A DNA stretch of 64,000 nucleotides from a virus, in the IMG/VR virus record IMGVR_UViG_3300042291_000666, positions 32,001-96,000 of that record. One strand, written 5' to 3'. Under the pieces are notes generated by a model. The model was not told the DNA's origin and ran no database searches. It saw only the letters and a program-made list of their open reading frames with translations. The translations under genes and the position numbers were made by a program. Positions 16,499 through 27,384 of this stretch are shown in pieces (position 1 is the stretch's first letter; each line of letters starts with the position of its first letter).

Positions 16499-16832
16499 GG
16501 ACTTTAAAGAGGGTATAGCTGAAGAAGTTGGCGTACACCCACAAGTAGTGGATGATTTTATATCTTTTTATTATGGTAAGCTAAGGAAAAAATTATCTGC
16601 ATTAGAATATCCTAGGATAAACGTGGATGGATTGGGTACTTTTTATTTAAGAAAGACTAAATTAGAAAACTCAATTAAAAAGAATAAAAGCATGTTGGGT
16701 AATTTGACTAAAAGAACGTACAATGGTTATGCTCAAAGTGAAAATATTCAAAGTAATATTGAACAAATGTCTAAGGCGTTAGATCAAATGGAAGCTGACA
16801 TACTTAGAAAGAAAGACTTTAAAGCAAAATAA
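16479..16832 (+). CDS. HU/IHF-like DNA-binding protein
   Basis: IAEEVGV...VVDDFI...RINVDGLGTF. Confidence 0.7.
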   Translation: MNPKKHKDFKEGIAEEVGVHPQVVDDFISFYYGKLRKKLSALEYPRINVDGLGTFYLRKTKLENSIKKNKSMLGNLTKRTYNGYAQSENIQSNIEQMSKALDQMEADILRKKDFKAK

Positions 16833-16842
16833 ATTTTACAAT

Positions 16843-17163
16843 ATGGAAGGAAAATGGAAAAAGTATTTAGCAGTATTTAAAAATGCTGACCAAATAGTAG
16901 AGGGCATTAAAAATAACATATTTAAAAAAGAACATATTGAGGCTGTTGCTACAGATAGATTTCAAATATGTGTTAATTGTTCTTTATTTGATGCTACTGG
17001 AGAACATTGTTTAGCTCCAGGTACACAACCTTGTTGTTCAGATTGCGGATGCAGTCTTGCATTTAAGGTAAGATCATTATCAACATCCTGCCCTAAAGGC
17101 TTTTGGGATTCATTAATGACTGAGGAATTAGAAGAGAAAGTAAATCAACAAATTAAAAATTAA
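16843..17163 (+). CDS. Cys-rich, probably Zn-binding protein
   Basis: RFQICVNC...CCSDCGC...SCPKGFW. Confidence 0.75.
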   Translation: MEGKWKKYLAVFKNADQIVEGIKNNIFKKEHIEAVATDRFQICVNCSLFDATGEHCLAPGTQPCCSDCGCSLAFKVRSLSTSCPKGFWDSLMTEELEEKVNQQIKN

Positions 17164-17167
17164 CATT

Positions 17168-17431
17168 ATGACAGTATCACAAATAGTAAGAGATCTTTTA
17201 GAACATAATATGATTACTATGGAAGCAGCAACAGTTCTATTAAATGCAGAAATTAAAGCTGATATGTTGGATAAGAGAAATACTAATCAAGTATTTCAAC
17301 CTTACCATGGAGTACCAAATGGAAGTACAACAAATCCTTATTATGTTTCTACAACCACTAATGATCCTATACTTGGAACTAGTACTTCAGGATTAAGTGC
17401 TGGAGCAAATGAACTTTTAAAAGTAAAGTAA
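17168..17431 (+). CDS. Hypothetical protein
   Basis: ORF coupled to the next gene. Confidence 0.7.
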   Translation: MTVSQIVRDLLEHNMITMEAATVLLNAEIKADMLDKRNTNQVFQPYHGVPNGSTTNPYYVSTTTNDPILGTSTSGLSAGANELLKVK

Positions 17432-18243
17432 TGGCTATTATATTTAAAGAAGATGGACATACTTATGAAAGTATAGAAGAAGATAACATTGAATGGATAA
17501 GTGTTACTTCACTGGTTGGTAAGTTCAAACCTAAGTTTGATAAAGAAGGGCAAGCTAAAAAATCTGCAAAGAATAAAAATTCTAAGTGGTATGGCATGAC
17601 TGTAGAACAAATACTACAGGCTTGGGATAATGAAACAGAAAGAGCTATTAATCTTGGTAACTTCTATCACAATCAAAGAGAATCTGACATGCTTGATTTT
17701 AAAACCATTGAGCGTAATGGAACTGAAGTACCTATTATCAAACCACTTGTGAATGATGAGGGTATAAAATTAGCACCTGAACAAAAGTTATCTGATGGTG
17801 TTTATCCTGAGCATTTAGTTTATTTAAAGTCTGTTGGTCTTTGTGGCCAAGCTGACGTAGTAGAAATTGTAGATGGTTATATTAACATCAATGATTACAA
17901 GACTAATAAGGAGATTAAAGAAAAAGGATATACCAATTGGGAAGGTATTACAAGTAAAATGTTTAAGCCAGTCAATCATTTAGATGATTGCAATTTAAAC
18001 CATTATTCATTACAGCTCAGTATTTATGCGTATATTATTAAGAAGCACAACCCTTCTTTGAAGATTGGTAAACTTACAATTCAACATGTTAAGTTTAAAC
18101 AGATTGGTGAAGATGAAAATGGTTATCCAATAAATGAACATTATAACGGTGAGCCTATCTTAGATGAAATAAAAATGTATGAAGTCCCATATTTAAAGGA
18201 TGAAGTTAATTCATTAATAATGTGGTTAAAAGATAACAAATAA
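17431..18243 (+). CDS. PD-(D/E)XK exonuclease (Cas4/RecB-like)
   Basis: SVTSLV, GQADVV...INDYKTN, HYSLQLSIY. Confidence 0.88.
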   Translation: MAIIFKEDGHTYESIEEDNIEWISVTSLVGKFKPKFDKEGQAKKSAKNKNSKWYGMTVEQILQAWDNETERAINLGNFYHNQRESDMLDFKTIERNGTEVPIIKPLVNDEGIKLAPEQKLSDGVYPEHLVYLKSVGLCGQADVVEIVDGYININDYKTNKEIKEKGYTNWEGITSKMFKPVNHLDDCNLNHYSLQLSIYAYIIKKHNPSLKIGKLTIQHVKFKQIGEDENGYPINEHYNGEPILDEIKMYEVPYLKDEVNSLIMWLKDNK

Positions 18244-18247
18244 AATT

Positions 18248-18514
18248 ATGGCAAGTATAACAATTACGCAAGTACAATTACAAACGGGATATACATCAGG
18301 AGTTCCAACATCTCAATATTGGAGACCAACTACTGAAATAGAAATGAGTATTAATCCAGATAATATTATTGGAGTTGGTCATGTCTATGATATTTTTAAT
18401 AATTCCTATATAGCAGGTATAATACAGGTATATATATTTGGTGTTTTAACACCCATTTATAGTTCAGATTCCTATGAATCAATAGTTGCATATATGAATC
18501 CAACTTTAACTTAA
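18248..18514 (+). CDS. Hypothetical protein
   Basis: 88-aa ORF. Confidence 0.65.
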   Translation: MASITITQVQLQTGYTSGVPTSQYWRPTTEIEMSINPDNIIGVGHVYDIFNNSYIAGIIQVYIFGVLTPIYSSDSYESIVAYMNPTLT

Positions 18515-18516
18515 TT

Positions 18517-19035
18517 ATGTTAGTAAGACTATTTGACATTCAGAACAGCAAAGTAATACCATCAGAACATTGCTATGCTTTACCTTTTTTAAGTTCTATT
18601 ATGGAGAATTATCCTGATAGTTATTTAAAAATCTATCAGTATATATTTTATATGAGTTGTCCTAATCCTGATATGAACCCATTCTTCAATTTACCAGAAC
18701 ATGATAAAGAAGATATCATTATTGAAGAAGTTCAGTTAGAAGATTCTCCTGAAGATCCTAAAATAAGATATGCTTTAGATATGTGTTATAAGTTATATGA
18801 AACACCTACCTTTAGAGCATACAAAGGAATCAAATCAATGCTTGATAGATTAGCTAAGTACATGGAAGTAACTGCTATTGAACATGGTAGAGATGGAAAC
18901 ATAAACTCTATGGTAAATGCAGCATCTAAATTTGAACAAATTAGACAATCATACAAAGGAGCCTTTGTTGATATGAAACAAGAACAAGAAAGTTCTGTAC
19001 GTGGTGGTGCAGGATTAGCATATGACCAAATATAA
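18517..19035 (+). CDS. Conserved crAss-like protein upstream of TerL (possible small terminase subunit)
   Basis: Position and helical character, C-terminal VRGG. Function is inferred. Confidence 0.5.
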   Translation: MLVRLFDIQNSKVIPSEHCYALPFLSSIMENYPDSYLKIYQYIFYMSCPNPDMNPFFNLPEHDKEDIIIEEVQLEDSPEDPKIRYALDMCYKLYETPTFRAYKGIKSMLDRLAKYMEVTAIEHGRDGNINSMVNAASKFEQIRQSYKGAFVDMKQEQESSVRGGAGLAYDQI

Positions 19036-19056
19036 TAAACCATTAAAATTAAAAAG

Positions 19057-19335
19057 ATGATACAACAAGTAATACCAGTAGGAAAAAAGTTATTGATTAA
19101 ACAAAAGAAAGCTGAAGCATTTTTTAAAAACACAAATATTATTATACCTGAAGCTGCCCAAAAAGTGGAAAACAAAGGTACTGTAGTAGCTGTAGGTGAA
19201 GGTGTTACAGAAATTAAAATAGGAGATGTAGTTCAATATAGTGAGCATTGCTTACCAACATCCATGATGCATGATGAAGAAGAACATTTACTGATTCATG
19301 AGGGTGATGTATTTGCAAAATTTAAGTATGTATAG
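19057..19335 (+). CDS. groES: Co-chaperonin GroES (Cpn10)
   Basis: IPVGKKLLI...IIIPEAA...GTVVAVGEG...IKIGDVV...LLIHEGDV. Confidence 0.9.
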   Translation: MIQQVIPVGKKLLIKQKKAEAFFKNTNIIIPEAAQKVENKGTVVAVGEGVTEIKIGDVVQYSEHCLPTSMMHDEEEHLLIHEGDVFAKFKYV

Positions 19336-21514
19336 ATCCATACCTACATATAAAAATGGGTCTTGGACAACCACAGAATTTGAAACTAGACAGGATTTTA
19401 TAGATTATGTTTTAAGTATATTTAATGTCCCTGGTCATTATGAGTTTAATGAACTTTCTTTTAAGTTTAATGAACAAGCTCAGATATTTAATGAACAGGG
19501 ATTTTATTGTAATAAACCATTTAGATCTAAAGATTTTACTGATTACTGGGAAGATCAAAAAAACAAATGTAGAGAAGGAGTTATTTACAGTGATGGAGAC
19601 AAAAGCTGGTACTTAACTAGAGATTATTACATGTGGTTAAACTTTCTTCCAATCTTTGACAAAGAAGAGAAGAAATATGGTTTTGCTAAAGTACGTGATG
19701 CTCAGTATCATATGGCTTTATATGAGCAACTTGCAGAACTACATTACAAGCATTCTGCTATATTAAAGAAACGTCAGATAGCATCTTCATACTTTCACAT
19801 GGGTAAAATTATTAATACCTATTGGTTTGAAGAAGGTAGTATCTGTAAGATTGGTGCATCACTTAAAGATTTTATAAATGATAAAGGATCATGGAAGTTT
19901 TTAGATGAATACAAAACATTCTTAAATGAGCATACTGCTTGGTATAGACCTAGTAATCCAGAAAAGGTTTTATTATGGCAACAACAGATTGAAGTTAAAG
20001 TTGGTAATAGAAAAACAGCAAGAGGTTTAAAATCAAAAATACAAGGGGGTTCATTTGAAAAGAATGCAACTACTGGAGTAGGGGGACCATGTACTATTTT
20101 CTTTCATGAAGAAGCTGGTATTGCTCCAAAGATGTCTGAGACATATGAGTACTTACGTCCTGCAATGTCTTCAGGTATGATTACTACAGGTATGTTTATT
20201 GCTGCCGGATCAGTGGGAGATTTAGAACAATGTAATCCTTTGAAAGAAATGATTACTAATCCAGCAGCAAATGATATCTATGCTGTAGAAACTGATCTTA
20301 TTGATGCAGATGGTACAATAGGTATGGCAGGTTTGTTTATTCCAGAACAATGGTCAATGCCTCCATACATTGATGATTATGGAAACTCATTAGTAAAAGA
20401 AGCTGAAGCAGCAATACATGAGGAAAGAGAAAGATGGAAGAATGAATTAAATGGTGAACAGTTTCAATTAAGGATATCTCAGAAACCTTTAAATATTGCA
20501 GAAGCATTTGCATATAGAAAAGCATCTGTATTTCCACAAGGTATTCTTAGCAGACAACAAAAAAGAATTGAAGAAAAAGAATATCCTTATGAACTCATTG
20601 AACTAGATAGAGATGAGAAAGGTATCTTTGCTAAAAGAACAAACAAACTTCCAATAAGTAGATTCCCTGTAGACAAGAAACAAGTGGATAAGACGGGAAG
20701 TATTGTTGTTTGGGAACGTCCAGTCAAGAGTCCTGAGTTTGGGGCTTATTACGCTTCTATTGACCCCGTATCAGAAGGTAAGACAACTACTTCTGATTCC
20801 TTATGTAGTATCTTTGTTTATAAGAATGCAACAGAGGTTACAAGGACTATGATATCTGGAGATGTAGAACAGTTTTTAGAAAAAGATAAAATTGTTGCAT
20901 CATGGTGTGGTAGATTTGATGATATTAATAAGACGCATGAAAGATTAGAATTAATTATAGAATGGTATAATGCCTGGACTATAGTTGAAAATAACATATC
21001 TTTGTTTATACAACATATGATTTCTAGAAAGAAACAAAGATACTTAGTACCTAAACAACAAATATTATTTCTAAAAGATCTTGGTTCAAACAATACTGTT
21101 TATCAAGAATATGGATGGAAAAATACTGGTACATTATTTAAAAGTCATTTGATATCATATGCAATTGAATTTTTAAGAGAGGTTATAGATGAAGAAACTG
21201 ATGTTGGTGGAATTGTTACAAATCAAACATTAGGTGTTGAAAGAATACCTGATGGAATGCTTATTAAAGAAATGCTTGCATATTATCCGGGACTTAACGT
21301 GGATAGATTGGTAGCATTTGGAGCTTTAGTTGCTTTTGTAAAGATACAGCAATCTAACAGGGGTTTTTCAAAAAGACGTGAATCAGAAGAAAAATCTTTG
21401 GTAAATTCAGAAAATTTGTATAAATTAAAGTATAGTCCGTTTAAAAATATTGGACGTAGTGGAAACAATACTGGAAATACAATTAAAAGATCAGGCTTCA
21501 AAAATTATAAATAA
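19328..21514 (+). CDS. terL: Terminase large subunit (probable start 19328)
   Basis: crAss-type Walker A KKRQIASSY, Walker B FFHEEAG, RNase H-fold ASIDP...DSLCS and DRLVA; lies upstream of the portal. Confidence 0.92.
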   Translation: MYRSIPTYKNGSWTTTEFETRQDFIDYVLSIFNVPGHYEFNELSFKFNEQAQIFNEQGFYCNKPFRSKDFTDYWEDQKNKCREGVIYSDGDKSWYLTRDYYMWLNFLPIFDKEEKKYGFAKVRDAQYHMALYEQLAELHYKHSAILKKRQIASSYFHMGKIINTYWFEEGSICKIGASLKDFINDKGSWKFLDEYKTFLNEHTAWYRPSNPEKVLLWQQQIEVKVGNRKTARGLKSKIQGGSFEKNATTGVGGPCTIFFHEEAGIAPKMSETYEYLRPAMSSGMITTGMFIAAGSVGDLEQCNPLKEMITNPAANDIYAVETDLIDADGTIGMAGLFIPEQWSMPPYIDDYGNSLVKEAEAAIHEERERWKNELNGEQFQLRISQKPLNIAEAFAYRKASVFPQGILSRQQKRIEEKEYPYELIELDRDEKGIFAKRTNKLPISRFPVDKKQVDKTGSIVVWERPVKSPEFGAYYASIDPVSEGKTTTSDSLCSIFVYKNATEVTRTMISGDVEQFLEKDKIVASWCGRFDDINKTHERLELIIEWYNAWTIVENNISLFIQHMISRKKQRYLVPKQQILFLKDLGSNNTVYQEYGWKNTGTLFKSHLISYAIEFLREVIDEETDVGGIVTNQTLGVERIPDGMLIKEMLAYYPGLNVDRLVAFGALVAFVKIQQSNRGFSKRRESEEKSLVNSENLYKLKYSPFKNIGRSGNNTGNTIKRSGFKNYK

Positions 21515-21535
21515 ATTAACTAAATTAAATTTAGA

Positions 21536-24283
21536 ATGAAAGTACTTAATGCAATGCAGTTGAAGGCCGGTGCAAAAAAAACAGAAGGGCCTACCTTTTC
21601 TAGTCTAACGCAACCTATTCAGTTTTTACCTTATTCTGAAAAAACAGATGATTGGGCAGCTTGGAATTTAGATTGGTTAGAACTCCAAGGTATTCAATTT
21701 TTAAAACTTAATGCCAGAAGACTTTTAAAAAATTATAAATTAGCTAAAGGAATCATAGATAAAACAGACTATATAGTTGAACCTGATAATGACTATAAAG
21801 ATTTAATGGATGTTTTAACTAAAGAAAATGATTCAGCTTTAGAACTTAAATTTTATCCTATCATTCCAAATGTAATTAATGTATTGAGTGGAGAGTTTTC
21901 CAAAAGATACAATAAAGTACAGTTCAGAGCAGTTGATGATAGATCTTACAATGAAATGCTTGAGCAAAAGAGAATGCAAGTTGAAGAAGCTTTACTTGCA
22001 GATGCTGAAAGAAAGTTAGTAGAAAAGATGATTCAAATGGGAATGGACCCAGCATCTGATGAAGCTAAACAACAACTTGCTCCAGAAAATATTAAGACAT
22101 TACCTGAAATTGAAGACTATTTCAGTAAATCATATAGAAGTTCTGTTGAAGAGTGGGCAACTCATCAATTAAATGTTGATGAAGAAAGATTCAAAATGCA
22201 AGAACTTGAAGAAAGAGGTTTTAGAGATATGCTTATTGCTGATAGAGAGTTCTGGCATTTCCGTATGTTAGAAGATGATTATGACATTGAATTATGGAAT
22301 CCTGTTTTAACATTCTACCAGAAGTCTCCAGATCAAAGATATATTTCTGATTCAGCATATGTTGGTAAAGTAGATTTGATGACAGTATCTGATGTTGTAG
22401 ATAAATACGGATATTTGATGAGCCAAGAACAATTGGAATCATTACAAAGAATTTATCCGGCAAGATCTGCTCAATATCAAGTTAATGGATATCAAAATGA
22501 TGGTTCTTATTATGATGCAACAAGATCACACGCTTGGAATACTAATGCCCCAGGTTTAGCATATAGACAATATACAAGTAACTACATGGCAGATCCTGCT
22601 AGAGGTGGTGATATATTAAATCAAATTTTAGGAGAGAGTGAAGACTTAGCTTACTTTGGTGATGGTAATTTAATGAGAGTATCTACAATTTATTGGAAGA
22701 CTCAAAGAAAAATTGGACATCTTACTAAAATAGAATTTGATGGTGAAGTAACTCAAGAAATAGTTGATGAAACATTTAAAGTAACAGAAAAACCTGTTTA
22801 TGATACATCAATCTTTAAAAATAAAACAAAAGATACTCTACTACAAGGAGAACATCTTGATTGGATTTGGATTAATGAGATTTGGGGTGGTGTAAAAGTT
22901 GGACCAAATGTACCTGCTATGTGGAAGAGTTCTACAAGTAGTGAAATAAATCCAATATACTTGGGTATTAATAGAACTAAACCAGGTAGATTACCATTCC
23001 AATTTAAAGGAAACAATTCTTTATATGGTTGTAAGTTACCTGTAGAAGGTAGAGTGTTCTCTGATAGAAATACAAGATCTACTTCTTTAGTAGATTTAAT
23101 GAAAGCATATCAGGTTGGATATAACATGGTTAATAACCAGATTGCTGATATCTTAATTGATGAATTAGGTACAGTAATTATGTTTGACCAGAATGCATTA
23201 CCACGTCACTCTATGGGAGAAGATTGGGGTAAAAACAATTATGCTAAAGCATACGTAGCAATGAAGGATTTCCAAATGCTTCCTCTTGATACTTCAATTA
23301 CTAATACAGAAAATGCTGTAAACTTCCAACACTACCAGACTCTAAACATGGAGCAAACTAGCAGGTTAATGAGTAGAATACAATTAGCAAATTACTTTAA
23401 ACAACAATGTTTTGATGCAATTGGAATTAATCCTCAGAGATTAGGTGGTCCGGTAGCAGCAGAAACAGCTACAGGAGTAATGAACGCAATGCAACAATCA
23501 TATGCTCAAACAGAAATTTATTTTGTACAGCACTCTGATCAGTTAATGCCAAGAGTACACCAAATGAGAACAGACTTAGCTCAGTTCTATTATAGTACTA
23601 ATCCAAGTGTAAGATTGAGTTATATATCTACTGAAGCAGAAAAGGTAAACTTTACAATCAATGGTACAGATCTTTTACTAAGAGACTTCAACGTATTTGC
23701 TACAACTAAGACAAATCATAGAGCTATTCTTGAACAGTTAAAGCAAATGGCATTAACTAATAATACAACAGGTGCTAGTATATATGAACTTGGAAACATT
23801 GTTAAAGCAGATTCTATTGGTGAAGTAACAGATATCTTAAAAGATTCTGAAGCAAGAGTAAATGCTCAAAGACAAGAGGAAATGCAACAACAACGTCAAA
23901 TGCAAGAACAACAGTTACAAGCACAGGCGCAAGAGGCTCAAATGAAAGTTCAGATGGAGCAAGAAGAAGCAGAGAAAAACAGACAGAAAGATATTACAGT
24001 GGCTGAAATTAGAGCTGCTGGATATGGAGCTGGTGTAGATGTAAATGAAAATAAAATAAATGATTACCAGGATGCACTAAAAGATATTCAACAAACAACT
24101 CAATATAGAGAGCAAATGAATATGAAACGTGAAGAGATGGTAAGTAAGTCATCTACAGAATCTCAGAAACTTCAAGTTGAAAGAGAAAGAATTGCAGCAC
24201 AAACACAGATAGCAAAGACGCAGTTAGATATAGCAATACAGAATAAAAACAAGTATGATAGCAAAAAACCAAAAGATAAATAA
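21536..24283 (+). CDS. Portal protein
   Basis: FYPIIPNVINVLSGE...GINPQRLG...ETATGV plus a coiled-coil C-terminus; follows TerL. Confidence 0.9.
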   Translation: MKVLNAMQLKAGAKKTEGPTFSSLTQPIQFLPYSEKTDDWAAWNLDWLELQGIQFLKLNARRLLKNYKLAKGIIDKTDYIVEPDNDYKDLMDVLTKENDSALELKFYPIIPNVINVLSGEFSKRYNKVQFRAVDDRSYNEMLEQKRMQVEEALLADAERKLVEKMIQMGMDPASDEAKQQLAPENIKTLPEIEDYFSKSYRSSVEEWATHQLNVDEERFKMQELEERGFRDMLIADREFWHFRMLEDDYDIELWNPVLTFYQKSPDQRYISDSAYVGKVDLMTVSDVVDKYGYLMSQEQLESLQRIYPARSAQYQVNGYQNDGSYYDATRSHAWNTNAPGLAYRQYTSNYMADPARGGDILNQILGESEDLAYFGDGNLMRVSTIYWKTQRKIGHLTKIEFDGEVTQEIVDETFKVTEKPVYDTSIFKNKTKDTLLQGEHLDWIWINEIWGGVKVGPNVPAMWKSSTSSEINPIYLGINRTKPGRLPFQFKGNNSLYGCKLPVEGRVFSDRNTRSTSLVDLMKAYQVGYNMVNNQIADILIDELGTVIMFDQNALPRHSMGEDWGKNNYAKAYVAMKDFQMLPLDTSITNTENAVNFQHYQTLNMEQTSRLMSRIQLANYFKQQCFDAIGINPQRLGGPVAAETATGVMNAMQQSYAQTEIYFVQHSDQLMPRVHQMRTDLAQFYYSTNPSVRLSYISTEAEKVNFTINGTDLLLRDFNVFATTKTNHRAILEQLKQMALTNNTTGASIYELGNIVKADSIGEVTDILKDSEARVNAQRQEEMQQQRQMQEQQLQAQAQEAQMKVQMEQEEAEKNRQKDITVAEIRAAGYGAGVDVNENKINDYQDALKDIQQTTQYREQMNMKREEMVSKSSTESQKLQVERERIAAQTQIAKTQLDIAIQNKNKYDSKKPKDK

Positions 24284-24412
24284 TTAGCGTTAGCTATATA
24301 CTGCAAAAAACTTTGCAATATTATCAAATATAATAAGTTTAGGATAGTGTAAACTAAATAAAGAATTGTTATATTATATATATAAAGTATTAATTATTAA
24401 ACCAACAATAAG

Positions 24413-25714
24413 ATGAGTACCAAAAACAACACAATGAGTAGTAACGTAGAGACTTTAGATATTGACTTAGATACAATATTCAATGCAGCACCAAGCGGTG
24501 ATGACATGACTTTGCCATCTGGAAAGGATACTAAATCTACAAACAACATTTTTTCAGGAATAAATAAGAAAGCAGATTTTTCATTTGCTGATCCAGATGC
24601 AGATGATGCAGATGATTTAACTGATAAAGGTAAAACTCCAACATCAAGTGCAGATCTTCTTGCAGATGATGATAATGAGATTACACCTAAAGCAACTAAA
24701 GAAGATGGTAAAAGCATCCTTGATAGTTTAGGTGATGATGAAGATGAAGAAGAAAGAAAAGAAACTAGAGGTAGAAAACCTATTTCTGGAATTTCTGATG
24801 TCTTCTCTAAAATGATTAAAGAAGATAAATTAGTACCTTTTGATGATGAAAAGTCTTTTGATGAATATACAGCAAAAGATTGGGAAGAATTAATTGAAGC
24901 TAATTTGGAAGAAAAAGCTAATCAAGTAAGACGTGAAACACCTAAACAGTTTTTTGCTAGCTTACCTGAAGAGTTACAAATTGCAGCAAGATATGTGGCA
25001 GATGGTGGTACTGACTTAAAAGGTTTGTTTTCCACTTTAGGTCAAGTAGAAGAAACTAAGGATTTAGATATTAAATCTGAAAGAGATCAGGAGATTATTA
25101 TTAAAGAATATTTAAATGCTACTGGTTACGGTACTTCTGATGAGATTGCTGAGGAAATTGAAATTTGGAAAGATTTAGGAAAGCTTGAACAACAAGCTGC
25201 TAAGTTCAAACCAAAGTTGGATAAGATGGCAGAACAAATTGTTATCAAAAAAGTGCAAGAGCAACAACTAAAACAAAAACAACAAGAGCAAGCTTCTAAA
25301 GCTTATATGCAAAATGTATATGATACTTTAAAAGATGGTAACTTGGGAGATATTAAAGTTGATAGAAAAACTCAAGCAATGTTGTATAATGGTTTAGTTC
25401 AACCTAGTTATCCTTCAGTAAGTGGAAGAAATACTAATTTATTAGGACACCTATTAGAAAAGTATCAGTTTGTAGAACCAAATTATAAATTAATATCAGA
25501 AGCATTATGGTTATTGCAAGATCCGGAAGGATATAAAGCAAAGATCATGGATAAGGGAGCTCAACAAAGTATTGAGCAAACAGTAAGAAAACTAAAAACA
25601 GAACAGGGTAACCATAGTTCAAGTTCTCTTGGGATTCAAGATAAAGATGAAGAAACAAGAAGACAACCAACTAAAAAATTACCTAGAACCAACAACATTT
25701 TCAAACGGATTTAA
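24413..25714 (+). CDS. Acidic scaffold-like protein between portal and MCP
   Basis: Very acidic N-terminal half, helical C-terminal half; crAss synteny. Confidence 0.7.
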   Translation: MSTKNNTMSSNVETLDIDLDTIFNAAPSGDDMTLPSGKDTKSTNNIFSGINKKADFSFADPDADDADDLTDKGKTPTSSADLLADDDNEITPKATKEDGKSILDSLGDDEDEEERKETRGRKPISGISDVFSKMIKEDKLVPFDDEKSFDEYTAKDWEELIEANLEEKANQVRRETPKQFFASLPEELQIAARYVADGGTDLKGLFSTLGQVEETKDLDIKSERDQEIIIKEYLNATGYGTSDEIAEEIEIWKDLGKLEQQAAKFKPKLDKMAEQIVIKKVQEQQLKQKQQEQASKAYMQNVYDTLKDGNLGDIKVDRKTQAMLYNGLVQPSYPSVSGRNTNLLGHLLEKYQFVEPNYKLISEALWLLQDPEGYKAKIMDKGAQQSIEQTVRKLKTEQGNHSSSSLGIQDKDEETRRQPTKKLPRTNNIFKRI

Positions 25715-25759
25715 CAATCAAATATATAAACAATTAATAACTAAAAACAAGTAAAAATT

Positions 25760-27376
25760 ATGGCAACTCCAGTATTAAATAATGGGATTTTCCTAAGAGA
25801 CACTAGCTACAAAGCAAGTTCTCATGTTGATTCTTATCACTTGACTCAGATGCTAGGTTCAGCAGAACCTATGGATATGGGACCAATTGATTTATGGGCA
25901 ATGACTCAAAAAGTTGAAATGCCTCTTTATCAAATGGCATCATTTGGTGGAAAGAATACTATCATGGTAGACAATGCTCGTGGTGAGTACAAATGGCAAA
26001 CTCCTATTGCACAAGATCTTCCATACATTGTGGCAGACATTGAACCAGCTAATGCCGCTAAAGGTGTAGATGGAACAACATTCAAAATTAAAATTTCTAA
26101 AAGAACATTTGGACATGGTGATATCATCACTTATGACAAATACAATGGATTAGAACTTTACATCACAGCTGATGATATCATCCCTGCTGGTGACGGTTTT
26201 ATCTATACTGTTCAATTAGTAAACAACAACAACGTAGCTAGCTTAGACAATAAGTATTTAGCTAAAGGTACTAAGTTCTTCAGAAAAGGTTCTGCAAGAG
26301 GTGAGTACGGAGAAAGATTCTCTGACATTGAAACAGGTTCTGGTTTCCGTGAGTTCTACAACTTTGTAGGAGGAGCTGAAGCACACGTACACTATTCTAT
26401 TTCTAGCCGTGCTGATCTTATGATTAAAGGTGGTTTGAATGCAGATGGTACTGTACCTGTAACTGAAATCTGGAGAAACTTTGGTGCAAACAATGATCCT
26501 GCTGTACCTAGTATTGAAGGATTAATTGCTAACATGGGTAAAGCTGGTGCAAGAGAAGCATTTGAAAATGGTTCATTGACTAGAACATTTATCACTAACA
26601 TGGAAGCTGCGCATTTATCAAAAATTGCTTCTGACATTGAAACTTACTTAATGTGGGGTAAAGGTGGTAGAATCAAACAAGATGGTCCAGATGATATTAG
26701 ATTATCTGTGGGATTATGGGCACAGTTGGATAACTCATTCAAAAGAGTTTACAACAAGTCTTCTTTCACACTTGATATGTTTAAATCTGAATTGTATAAC
26801 TTCTACCAAGGTAAAGTTGAGTTCAAAGGTCCAGATCCACAAAGATCACTTGTTGTTCAAACAGGTATTGGTGGTATGCAATTGATCAACAAAGCTATTG
26901 CTGATGAAGTATATGGTTCTGGTTTAGTACAAAATGCTAGTGATATTGGAGCTGTTAAAGGTTCTGGAATGGATCTAGATTATGGATTTGCTTACACTTC
27001 ATTTACTATTCCTTTCTTAGCTAACGTTAAGTTTGTATTGAACCCTGCGTTTGATAACTTGAATACTAATGATATTGAGAATCCATTAATTGATGGCCGT
27101 CCATTAAGTTCTTATAGCTTCATTATCTTTGACGTAACAGATGAAGGAAATGATAACATCCATTTATTGAAATTATCTTGGGATAATCAATTGAAATGGT
27201 TCTACCAAAATGGAACTATGGATTATATGGGAAGAACTCAAGGTTTTGCATCTACTGGTAACTTCAACGGATACCGTGTAATGATGTCACAAACTATGCC
27301 TGCTATTTGGGTTAAGGATCCAACTAAAGTTTTAAAAATTGTTATGAGAAACCCTATTACTGGTGGTTCATTCTAA
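25760..27376 (+). CDS. mcp: Major capsid protein
   Basis: 538 aa; portal-scaffold-MCP order, high-expression codon bias, ETYLMWGKGG and IWVKDPTK motifs. Confidence 0.9.
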   Translation: MATPVLNNGIFLRDTSYKASSHVDSYHLTQMLGSAEPMDMGPIDLWAMTQKVEMPLYQMASFGGKNTIMVDNARGEYKWQTPIAQDLPYIVADIEPANAAKGVDGTTFKIKISKRTFGHGDIITYDKYNGLELYITADDIIPAGDGFIYTVQLVNNNNVASLDNKYLAKGTKFFRKGSARGEYGERFSDIETGSGFREFYNFVGGAEAHVHYSISSRADLMIKGGLNADGTVPVTEIWRNFGANNDPAVPSIEGLIANMGKAGAREAFENGSLTRTFITNMEAAHLSKIASDIETYLMWGKGGRIKQDGPDDIRLSVGLWAQLDNSFKRVYNKSSFTLDMFKSELYNFYQGKVEFKGPDPQRSLVVQTGIGGMQLINKAIADEVYGSGLVQNASDIGAVKGSGMDLDYGFAYTSFTIPFLANVKFVLNPAFDNLNTNDIENPLIDGRPLSSYSFIIFDVTDEGNDNIHLLKLSWDNQLKWFYQNGTMDYMGRTQGFASTGNFNGYRVMMSQTMPAIWVKDPTKVLKIVMRNPITGGSF

Positions 27377-27384
27377 CAAAAGAA

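Noticed and set aside
17431-18243. Cas4-like nuclease as part of a CRISPR system
   Set aside because: No repeat-spacer array or other cas genes; stand-alone PD-(D/E)XK nucleases are usual near crAss TerL.
19328-27376. Inteins or group I introns in TerL, portal or MCP
   Set aside because: Reading frames are continuous, sizes are normal, and no intein ends or homing endonuclease motifs were seen.
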